Assembly: GCA_038255395.1 (NCBI GenBank)
Contig: JBBSLI010000009.1
Coordinates: 26,556 to 90,555 of the forward strand
Direction: 5' to 3'
Origin: Solirubrobacterales bacterium
GTDB lineage: Bacteria; Actinomycetota; Thermoleophilia; Solirubrobacterales; Solirubrobacteraceae
Length of the DNA: 64,000 nt
Every line of letters begins with the position of its first letter. Positions within the stretch are counted from its first letter, which is position 1. A program made the position numbers and the translations under genes. The notes beneath the pieces are model-generated. The model worked only from the letters and a program-made list of their open reading frames with translations, searched no databases and was not told where the DNA came from. Positions 44,284 to 51,931 of this stretch are shown here, one piece after another.

Positions 44284-46941
44284 TCAGGCCGGCGCGCGAG
44301 CGGGGACGCGCACGAGCTTGCGGATCTGCGCGGAGTCGAGCGTCTCGGACTCCAGCAGCGCATCCGTCAGCCGGTCCAGCGCGTCGCTTGAGCCGCGCAG
44401 GATCGCGTCGGCACGCGCCTGCGCCTCCTCGACGAGCCTCCGCGCCGCAGCGTCGATCGCGTGCGCCGTCTCGTCGGAGGGGGCGATGCCGTCACCGTTG
44501 TGTCCGTAGCCCAGCGGACCGACCTCGTTGCTCATCCCCAGCTCGCGGACCATGTAGTGCGCGGTCTCGGCGACGCGCCGCAGATCGCTCGACACGCTCG
44601 TACCCGAGTCGCCGAAGACCAGGTGCTCCGCGGCGCGCCCGCCGAGCAGGACGGCCATGTCGTCGATCAGCCCTGCGCGCGAGCGCGACAGGCGGTCGTG
44701 GCTGTCGGTGATCCAGGCGCGCCCGAGCGTCCGTCCCGACGGGATGATGCTGACCATGTGCGGCAGGTTGCCGTCGGGCATCGCGAGCGCGACGATCACG
44801 TGCCCGGCCTCGTGGACGGCGATGACCCGCCGCTCCTCGTCGGTCATGACGTGCGCGCGCCCGATCCCCATCGTCGTGCGCTCGACGGCCTGATTGAGGC
44901 TCGTCATCGTGATCTCCGTCTCGCCGCGGCGCGCGCCGAGCAGCGCCGCCTCGTTCATGATGCTCGCCAGGTCGGCGCCCGACAGGCCGCGCGTCATGCC
45001 GGCGAGTGCGTCGAGGTCGACGCCGGTGGCCAGCCGCTTGCTGCCGACGTGCACCTGCAGGATCTCGCGCCGGCCCGTGTGGTCGGGCAGGTCGACGGTG
45101 ATCTCGCGGTCGAAGCGGCCCGACCGCGTCAGCGCGGAGTCGAGGATGTCGGGCCGGTTCGTGGCCGCCATGATGATGATCCCCTCGCGCTGGCGGAACC
45201 CGTCGAGCTCGATGAGGATCTGGTTGAGCGTCTGCTCGCGCTCGCGGTGGCCGTCGGATGCCGCGCCGCGCTTGGCGCCGATCGCATCGATCTCGTCGAT
45301 GAACACGATCGCCGGCGCCATCGCGCGCGCCTGGCTGAAGAGATCGCGCACGCGGGCCGCGCCCTCGCCGACGAACGTCTCGGTGAACTCCGTCGCCGCG
45401 ACGGCGAGGAACGCCGCGTTGGACTCGCCGGCGACGGCGCGCGCGAGCAGCGTCTTGCCGCAGCCGGGCGGCCCGGAGATCAGGAAGCCGCGCGGGAAGC
45501 GCGCGCCCAGCGCTGTGAAGCGGCTTGGGTCGCGCAGGTAGTCGGTGATCTCCTGCAACTCGTCGCGCGCCTCGCCGATGCCCGCGACGTCGGCGAACGT
45601 CACGCGCTCGCCACCGAGCGACTGCTGGCCGATCGAGCGGTCGCGCATCGACAGGCGGCGCTGGCGCTCGGGTGCCTCGAGGATGCGGGTGAGCGCCTCG
45701 TCGAGCTCGCGCTGGCCGATCTCCTTGTTGCGGGCGCGGGCCGTCAGCAGCGCGGCCTCGTTCATGACGTTCTCGAGGTCGGCGCCCGTGAACCCGATCG
45801 CGCGCCGCGCGACGTCGGCGACGTCCGTGTCGGCGGCGAGCGGCTTGCCGCGCGCATGGAGGGCGAGGATGGCCGCGCGGCCGGCCTCGTCGGGACGGTC
45901 GACGGAGACGGTGCGGTCGAAGCGGCCGGGGCGCAGCAGCGCCGCGTCGAGATCGTCGGGGCGGTTCGTCGCGCCGACGACGATCGTCCCCGAGCCGCGC
46001 TCGAAGCCGTCCATCTCCGTCAGCAGCTGGTTGAGCGCCTGGGACTGCTCCTCGCCCGACGAGGCCGGGCCCGAGCGCCGCTTGCGCGCGACGGCGTCGA
46101 TCTCGTCGATGAACACGATCGCAGGCGCGTTCTCGCGCGCTTCCTTGAAGAGCTCGCGCACCCGCGCCGCTCCGACGCCGACGTACATCTCGACGAAGTC
46201 CGAGCCCGAGATCGAGTAGAAGGCGGCGCCCGATTCGCCCGCGACGGCCTGCGCGAGCAGGGTCTTGCCGCAGCCCGGCGGGCCGTACAGCAGCACGCCC
46301 TTGGGGACCCGCGCGCCGACCTCCGCGAAGCGCTCGGGATCGGCGAGGAAGTCGGAGATCTCGCGCAACTCGGTGAGCGCCGCGTCCTGGCCGGCGACGT
46401 CGTCGAAGCCGCGCGCCATCATGTCCTTGGTCGCCTTGCGCGCGCCGCTCTTCTGCGCGAACAGCCCGGTCCCCGCCTGCCGCATGGCGATGAAGTAGAC
46501 GAGCAGCGTGATGAGGATCAGCGACGGCAGCAGGAACGACAGGTAGGGCAGGATGCCCTTGACGATCTGCTGGTCGATCCGCAGCTCGACCTCGTTGTTC
46601 TGGAGGACCTCGACGAGGATGTCGCGGCTGGACATCGAGCGCAGGAACGGCGTGTAGAACTCCACGCGGGCGCCGCCCGGGCGGCGGTACGTGCCCTGCA
46701 CGACGGAGTCGACGTCGAGGATCGTCGCCCGCTGGATGCGCCCGGTCTCCGCGAGCTCGACCATGCGCGAGAAGTCCAGCCGGCTGCCGACGGGATGCGG
46801 CTGGGTGGCGACGATCACCTGCACGTAGCCGATCAGGAGCACGGCCACGATCAGCGTCGCCCAGAAGCCGGGTGTGTTCAGACGTCGCTTGAAGTCCGGC
46901 GGCCGACGCCGTCCAGAATGCCGATCAGTTCGCCGGGTCAC
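44284..46941 (-). CDS. FtsH-like membrane metalloprotease with duplicated (tandem) AAA+ modules and one M41 peptidase domain
   Basis: 885 aa. It has a TM, an FtsH_ext-like segment and a second TM. AAA-1 has GPPGCGKT (46261-46284), IVFIDEIDA and ATNRPDDLDAALLRPGRFDR. AAA-2 has GPPGCGKT (45451-45474), IVFIDEIDA and ATNRPDILDSALTRSGRFDR. HEAGH lies at 44800-44814, followed by GGRAAEHLVFG. Confidence 0.85.
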   Translation of the reverse strand: MTRRTDRHSGRRRPPDFKRRLNTPGFWATLIVAVLLIGYVQVIVATQPHPVGSRLDFSRMVELAETGRIQRATILDVDSVVQGTYRRPGGARVEFYTPFLRSMSSRDILVEVLQNNEVELRIDQQIVKGILPYLSFLLPSLILITLLVYFIAMRQAGTGLFAQKSGARKATKDMMARGFDDVAGQDAALTELREISDFLADPERFAEVGARVPKGVLLYGPPGCGKTLLAQAVAGESGAAFYSISGSDFVEMYVGVGAARVRELFKEARENAPAIVFIDEIDAVARKRRSGPASSGEEQSQALNQLLTEMDGFERGSGTIVVGATNRPDDLDAALLRPGRFDRTVSVDRPDEAGRAAILALHARGKPLAADTDVADVARRAIGFTGADLENVMNEAALLTARARNKEIGQRELDEALTRILEAPERQRRLSMRDRSIGQQSLGGERVTFADVAGIGEARDELQEITDYLRDPSRFTALGARFPRGFLISGPPGCGKTLLARAVAGESNAAFLAVAATEFTETFVGEGAARVRDLFSQARAMAPAIVFIDEIDAIGAKRGAASDGHREREQTLNQILIELDGFRQREGIIIMAATNRPDILDSALTRSGRFDREITVDLPDHTGRREILQVHVGSKRLATGVDLDALAGMTRGLSGADLASIMNEAALLGARRGETEITMTSLNQAVERTTMGIGRAHVMTDEERRVIAVHEAGHVIVALAMPDGNLPHMVSIIPSGRTLGRAWITDSHDRLSRSRAGLIDDMAVLLGGRAAEHLVFGDSGTSVSSDLRRVAETAHYMVRELGMSNEVGPLGYGHNGDGIAPSDETAHAIDAAARRLVEEAQARADAILRGSSDALDRLTDALLESETLDSAQIRKLVRVPARAPA

Positions 46942-47075
46942 GTATGTGTAGCGTATACATAGTCGGGGCAGAGGCGGGACGGATGTGCCAGCGGCTCACG
47001 TTGCGCCTCCTCCCGGGCACCGGATCTCACGGGCACGGGGCTGAAATCGCACCCGCGCAGCGGATAGGGTGAGGC

Positions 47076-48275
47076 ATGCTCGTCATCGACATGATCGTCG
47101 CGGTCCTGATCGCGGCGGCCGCCGTCTGCGGGGCGCGGATCGGCCTCGTGCGCGCGCTGGCGCTCGCAGCGTTCGCCGCCGGCGCGGCGCTGGGCACGCG
47201 TGCGCCGCTGCTTCTCGGCCAGCAGCTCGACTCCGAGTTCGCGCTCGTGATCGCGGTACCCGCCGCCCTGATCTTGGGCGGCGTCGCCGGCGCGCTCACC
47301 GAGCGGCTGTCGGGTGTCGCCGGCGTCCTCGTGCGGCGCAGCTTCGTCCTCGACGCCGCGTTGGGCGCCGTGCTCGCCGCGACCGCCGGCGCCGTCGCTG
47401 TGTGGGCGCTGGCGCCCGCCGTCTCCCAGATCCGCCCGGCGCGCGACGACGTCGAGCGGTCGGAGGTCCTGGACCGCTTCAACGCCCTGCTCACACCGGT
47501 CGGTCCGGTGCCCGCGACCGACCGGCGGCCCGCCGACGCGCCGCCGGCGCCCCGGCGCCGGCAGAAGCGGCTGGTCGCGGCCGGCGACCCGCGGCTGGTC
47601 GCGCGTCCGGTGGTCCGGCGAGCCGACGAGAGCCTCGTGAAGATCGTGGTCAACCGCTGCGGCGGTGGGTACCAGGGCTCGGGCTGGATCGCGGGCCATG
47701 GCATGGTCGTGACCAACGCCCACGTCGTGACCGGATCGGATCGCGTCAGCGTGCGCCGGCAGGGCGATGGACCGTCGCTCGAGGCCACGGTGGTGTGGTT
47801 CGACGGCATCCACGACCTGGCGCTGCTGCGTGTCGGAGCGTTGCGGCAGGCGCCCGCGCTGCGGCTGGCAGACGACGCGCGACCGATGACGGCCGCGATC
47901 ACGCTGGGCTTTCCCGGCGGCAAGAAGACGATCCGCCGCGCGCGGCTGGGTACGACGACGTCGAAGCTGAAGCTCGACGACGTGGACCTCCCGAACCGCG
48001 GCGGCGTCTCGCTGACGATGAGCGAGCGACTCGTGACGATCCTCCGGGGCCTGACCGGGCCCGGAGGCTCGGGCGGCCCCGCGATCGATGGTCAAGGGCG
48101 CGTGGTGGGCACCGTGTTCGCGGGCATTCCGCAGGACAGCATCACCTTGGCGGTCCCCAACCGCATCGTCCGCTCCGCGCTGCGCCGCGCCAACCACCGC
48201 GTCGAGGTGCCGGGCTGCGAGGCTGCGCCGCTCAAGCCGACGCCCAGAGAGTCGATCGCCGCGCGGAACGCATGA
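47076..48275 (+). CDS. MarP-like protease: CvpA-type 4-TM domain fused to an S1 (chymotrypsin-fold) serine protease (copy 1)
   Basis: 399 aa with N-terminal hydrophobic helices. Catalytic motifs are VVTNAHVV (His), IHDLALLRV (Asp) and GPGGSGGPAID (Ser). The architecture matches M. tuberculosis MarP/Rv3671c. Confidence 0.8.
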   Translation: MLVIDMIVAVLIAAAAVCGARIGLVRALALAAFAAGAALGTRAPLLLGQQLDSEFALVIAVPAALILGGVAGALTERLSGVAGVLVRRSFVLDAALGAVLAATAGAVAVWALAPAVSQIRPARDDVERSEVLDRFNALLTPVGPVPATDRRPADAPPAPRRRQKRLVAAGDPRLVARPVVRRADESLVKIVVNRCGGGYQGSGWIAGHGMVVTNAHVVTGSDRVSVRRQGDGPSLEATVVWFDGIHDLALLRVGALRQAPALRLADDARPMTAAITLGFPGGKKTIRRARLGTTTSKLKLDDVDLPNRGGVSLTMSERLVTILRGLTGPGGSGGPAIDGQGRVVGTVFAGIPQDSITLAVPNRIVRSALRRANHRVEVPGCEAAPLKPTPRESIAARNA

Positions 48276-49426
48276 GCACGCTCGTCGTCGACCTGCTGGT
48301 CGGCGGGATGATCGTGGCAGCCGCCGTCCACGGGGCGCGGGTGGGCCTCGGGCGCGTGTTGCCGGCCGCCGGCTTCGCGTTCGGCGCGCTGCTGGGAACG
48401 CGCGTGCCGCTGCTCGTCGGCGAGGATCTGGACGCGGAGTTCGCGCTCGTCATCGCGCTGCCGGCCGCGCTCATCATCGGGGCGGCTGGGGCGGCCGTCG
48501 CTGAGACGATGGCAGCGCGCGCCAACCGTGTCGTGCGGCGGCGCCGCGTCGTCGACAACGGCGCGGGCACGCTGCTGGCGGGGGCCGCGGCCGTCGTCGC
48601 CGCATGGGCGCTGGCGCCGGCCCTGTCGGAGATCCGCTCGACGCGCGACCCGATCGCGCGCTCGGAGCTGCTGGGGCGCTTCAACGCGGTGCTCACGCCG
48701 GCCGGGCCGGTGCGCACCACGGAGCCGCCGCCGATCAACGAGCTGCCGACGTTCGGCGGGCGCACGCCGGCGATCACCCCGGGCGATGCCGGGCTGCTGA
48801 GCGACCCCGACGTCCTGCGGGCCGAGCGCAGCGTCGTGAAGATCCACCTGACGGGCTGTGACGGGTCGGGCGGCGGCGCCGGCAGCGGCTGGGTCGCCAG
48901 GAGCGGCGTCGTCGTCACGAACGCGCACGTCGTGACGGCGACGAGCACGATCGAAGTTCAGCCCGGCGGCACGGGCGCGCGCTACGACGCGACCGTGATC
49001 TGGTTCGACGGCGAGCACGACATCGCTGCGCTGCGGGTGCCGCGGCTGCCCGGCCTGCCTGCGCTCGTGCTGGCGCCCGAGCCGCGGGCGGGCACGGCGG
49101 GCGTCACGCTCGGCTATCCGGGTGGCCGCAGGGCGATCCGGCGTGCCCGCGCGGGCCCGACGACGGACCGGCTGAACGGCAGCCTCGGCGGGCCTCCCTC
49201 GCCCGGCGTCTCAGCCCAGATCACCGGACGGCTCGTGACCACGATCCGGGGCAGGTCGCAGCCGGGCAGTTCGGGCGGGCCGGTCGTGGACGAGGACGGC
49301 CGCGTGATCACGACGGTGTTCGCCGGCAGCTTCGCGTCGAGCACGCTCGGCGTCCCCAATCGCTTCGCGCGGACGGCATTGCGGCGTGCCGGCCCGCGCG
49401 CGCGCATGGGCGCGGGCGACTGCTAG
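48272..49426 (+). CDS. MarP-like CvpA plus S1 serine protease (copy 2)
   Basis: ATG at 48272 (ATGA overlap), 384 aa with the same layout: VVTNAHVV, EHDIAALRV, QPGSSGGPVVD. Confidence 0.8.
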   Translation: MSTLVVDLLVGGMIVAAAVHGARVGLGRVLPAAGFAFGALLGTRVPLLVGEDLDAEFALVIALPAALIIGAAGAAVAETMAARANRVVRRRRVVDNGAGTLLAGAAAVVAAWALAPALSEIRSTRDPIARSELLGRFNAVLTPAGPVRTTEPPPINELPTFGGRTPAITPGDAGLLSDPDVLRAERSVVKIHLTGCDGSGGGAGSGWVARSGVVVTNAHVVTATSTIEVQPGGTGARYDATVIWFDGEHDIAALRVPRLPGLPALVLAPEPRAGTAGVTLGYPGGRRAIRRARAGPTTDRLNGSLGGPPSPGVSAQITGRLVTTIRGRSQPGSSGGPVVDEDGRVITTVFAGSFASSTLGVPNRFARTALRRAGPRARMGAGDC

Positions 49427-51033
49427 GAGTCCGCGGAGGACCGACGCCGCCGCAACGCCAGTGCGAGCAGCGCGAGGCCGCCGAGCACGAGCGCCAGGCC
49501 GCCGTATCGCAACGCCGACTCGGTCGCTGCCGACAGTCGGGTCGGGTCGCTGACGGCGATCACGGCCTGGGCGAGGTCCTGCTTCTGGGTCGCCGGCGTA
49601 CCCGCGCGCGTATCGGTCCAGATCGCGAGCGCGGCGCGGTCGGCGGAGACCATCGCCAGGCGGCTGCCGAGATCGGGCAGGCCCTCCTTGCGGCCGAAGC
49701 CGATCGTCGAGTCGAACGTCTGGCTGGACATCCGCAGCGCCGCGGTGAACGTCTCGCCGTGGTCGAACGACGATTGCACCGAGGCCTGGTTGAGGATGTC
49801 GTCGCGGTCGCCGCGACGGTCGTAGTACAGGACGTCAAGGCGCCCGTCGGGGGCGACCGCGAGCTTGGGCAGGTACTGCGCGGTGCCGTCGCGCAGGGGA
49901 GTGTCGTTGACGCGCGTCGGGCCCTTCCAGTCCGACTCGCCGGGCTTGTTGGACCAGAGCATCACGTCCGGGTCGCCGTTGCGGCCGTCCTGGTAGGCGG
50001 CGTACAGGCGCCCGTCGTCGTCGATCGCCACCGAGGGGGCCGGCGCGAGGAACACGACGAAGCGCTCGATCGGCTTGATCTCGTCGTCGACGAGCGACTC
50101 GGCCCAGCCGGTCTGCCCGTCGCGCGAGCGCGCCATCACGAGCGAGTAGCGGCCGTCGTAGGCGGGACCGCCGCGCCCGTTGTGGCCGGCCTCGTAGTCC
50201 AGGCGATCCTCGCCCAGGTCCTGGTAGAGGACGTACAGCGTGCCGTCGCGGCTGACGACGGGCGCGGGGGTGACGACGCGCCCGCGCGAGCGGCTGCTGA
50301 GCGGCGCCGGGTCTGACCACGTCGCACCGGCGTCGTCCGAGCGCGACGCGACGATCCGGCTGCCGGGCTCGGTGAACTTCAGAACGCCGACCTCGAGGCC
50401 CTGCAGCCACGTCAGGAAGATGCGGTCGGCGTTGCGGGGGTCGGTGGCGAGCCGGACCTGGAAGGTCAGCGGCCCGGCCACCCGCTCGGGCTTGGAGAGC
50501 GTGCGCCCGCCGTCGCTGGACTTCGACAGCCACAGCTTGTTGGGCACGTTGCCCGCTCCGGCGAGCGTGACGAAGGAGTAGTAGAGCGTCCCGTCGGCCG
50601 AGAACGCGACGTCGGGCGCGAAGCACTTGGCCTCCTCGCCCCGCGGCGCGGGGATGGCCGTCTGCGTCCAGGACGCGCCCGCGTCGCTGGAGACGTGCAG
50701 CGCGCAGGAGAAGAAGGGCGTGTCGATCCTGCTGGAGACGGCGAGGCTGGCCGCCCGCACAGGGTTGCGCACGAGCGTCGGCGAGTTGTGCGCGCTGATG
50801 TCCTCGGCGCTGCGCGCCGACAGGTTGACCGGCGTGTCGCGGCCGACGACGTCGACGGTCGGGCGCTCGTCGAACGAGCCCGCGACGATCATTGCGGCGA
50901 TGCCCGCGAAGACCAGCCAGGTTCCGAGCAGCGCAGAAAGCAACGAGCCCCGCCGCCGCTGGCGGTCGGGGCTCGTAACACCTTCTGGCGGTCGGCCGGA
51001 GATGGTCTCCGGCGAACCGTCAGTCGTGGTCAT
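49423..51033 (-). CDS. membrane-anchored BNR/Asp-box (sialidase-like propeller) protein
   Basis: 536 aa. N-terminal TM (LLGTWLVFAGIAAMIVAG), Asp-boxes (SSDAGASW, SSDGGRTL, SDDAGATW, SFDHGETF), and a C-terminal TM plus RRRR. It resembles the N-terminal domain of 33547-36726. Confidence 0.7.
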   Translation of the reverse strand: MTTTDGSPETISGRPPEGVTSPDRQRRRGSLLSALLGTWLVFAGIAAMIVAGSFDERPTVDVVGRDTPVNLSARSAEDISAHNSPTLVRNPVRAASLAVSSRIDTPFFSCALHVSSDAGASWTQTAIPAPRGEEAKCFAPDVAFSADGTLYYSFVTLAGAGNVPNKLWLSKSSDGGRTLSKPERVAGPLTFQVRLATDPRNADRIFLTWLQGLEVGVLKFTEPGSRIVASRSDDAGATWSDPAPLSSRSRGRVVTPAPVVSRDGTLYVLYQDLGEDRLDYEAGHNGRGGPAYDGRYSLVMARSRDGQTGWAESLVDDEIKPIERFVVFLAPAPSVAIDDDGRLYAAYQDGRNGDPDVMLWSNKPGESDWKGPTRVNDTPLRDGTAQYLPKLAVAPDGRLDVLYYDRRGDRDDILNQASVQSSFDHGETFTAALRMSSQTFDSTIGFGRKEGLPDLGSRLAMVSADRAALAIWTDTRAGTPATQKQDLAQAVIAVSDPTRLSAATESALRYGGLALVLGGLALLALALRRRRSSADS

Positions 51034-51051
51034 CTATCTGATCGCGTACGA

Positions 51052-51807
51052 CTACTCGGAGACTCCGGAAGCCGCGCGACGGCGGCGTCCTGCGACTACG
51101 AGGGCACCGCCGGTGAGCCCGACGAGGCCGACGCCGAGGATGGCCATACCGGCCACCACGCCGCCGTTGAGTCCGCCGCTCTGGCCACCGGCCGCTGCGG
51201 CCGATGCGAGAGACGGCTTGGCGCCGGTCGAGGTCACGCCGCTCCACAGGTCGGCTGTGACGCTACGCGTCGAGGCCGCCGGAGCGGGGGTCCGCTCGGT
51301 GCGGGTGCTCTTGGTCGCGGCCGGCTTGCTCGGGGCGGCGGCCTTGGCCGGTGCCGTCGAACTGGCGAAGACCGACTGTCCGGCCTGCGTCGTGACGCCT
51401 GCGGTCGAGCCGCCGACACGGGTGCCGGTCGAGCTCTGGCGCGCCGGAGCCGTCGAGCGAGACGAGCGCGTCGCCGGAGCGACGACGCGGGAGCGAACGG
51501 CGCCACTGGCCGTGCTCGTCGCCGTCTGCGGCGCTGCGGCCGTTGCCGTCGCCGGAGCCGTCTCAGACGGTGCCGGCGCGGTCGCCGGCGCGGCTGCCGG
51601 CGGAGTTGCGGGCGCCGGAGCAGCCGCCACGGGAGCGGGTGCTACCGCCGCCGCCGGCTGCCCGGTGGACGACGGTGGCGCCTCAGGCGCCGCCGGCGTT
51701 CCAAAGCCCGAAGGTGTACAAGCAAACGCCACGCCGACTGCCATCACGGGAGTAGCCAGCACTCCCAGGACCAGTCCAGCCTTTCGGCTTCGTCGAACCA
51801 CCGCCAT
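51052..51807 (-). CDS. Ala/Pro/Thr/Ser-rich low-complexity secreted protein with a C-terminal TM anchor
   Basis: ATG at 51807 preceded by AAGGAGG. It has an N-terminal signal-like MAVVRRSRKAGLVLGVLATPVMAVGVAFAC and a C-terminal VVAGMAILGVGLVGLTGGALVVAGRRRR. Low complexity makes the coding status less certain. Confidence 0.55.
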   Translation of the reverse strand: MAVVRRSRKAGLVLGVLATPVMAVGVAFACTPSGFGTPAAPEAPPSSTGQPAAAVAPAPVAAAPAPATPPAAAPATAPAPSETAPATATAAAPQTATSTASGAVRSRVVAPATRSSRSTAPARQSSTGTRVGGSTAGVTTQAGQSVFASSTAPAKAAAPSKPAATKSTRTERTPAPAASTRSVTADLWSGVTSTGAKPSLASAAAAGGQSGGLNGGVVAGMAILGVGLVGLTGGALVVAGRRRRAASGVSE

Positions 51808-51853
51808 CGCCTCCTTGGACGATTGAATTCCCAGTATCGGGCGCGAAGCTACC

Positions 51854-51859
51854 ACTATA
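51854..51859 (-). promoter_or_regulatory. -10 box TATAGT (minus strand) upstream of 51052-51807
   Basis: The forward sequence ACTATA at 51854-51859 reads CATATAGTGG on the minus strand, about 45 nt upstream of the ATG at 51807. Confidence 0.4.
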
Positions 51860-51931
51860 TGTCGGTCGCATCAAGTGCTTTCTACCAGAGCGGTGTGGCA
51901 TCGTGGCCGTCGTCTCGCCTATGGTCTGCGC

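Noticed and set aside
46942-47075. A possible riboswitch or leader in the ~105-nt region upstream of marP-like copy 1
   Set aside because: I recognise no conserved riboswitch motif. There is only a GC-rich leader with GGGTGAGG before the ATG, which is insufficient evidence.
49423-49426. Convergent marP-like and BNR genes sharing the palindrome CTAG as overlapping TAG stops
   Set aside because: A real observation, but it is a trivial consequence of tight packing, and no functional inference is justified.
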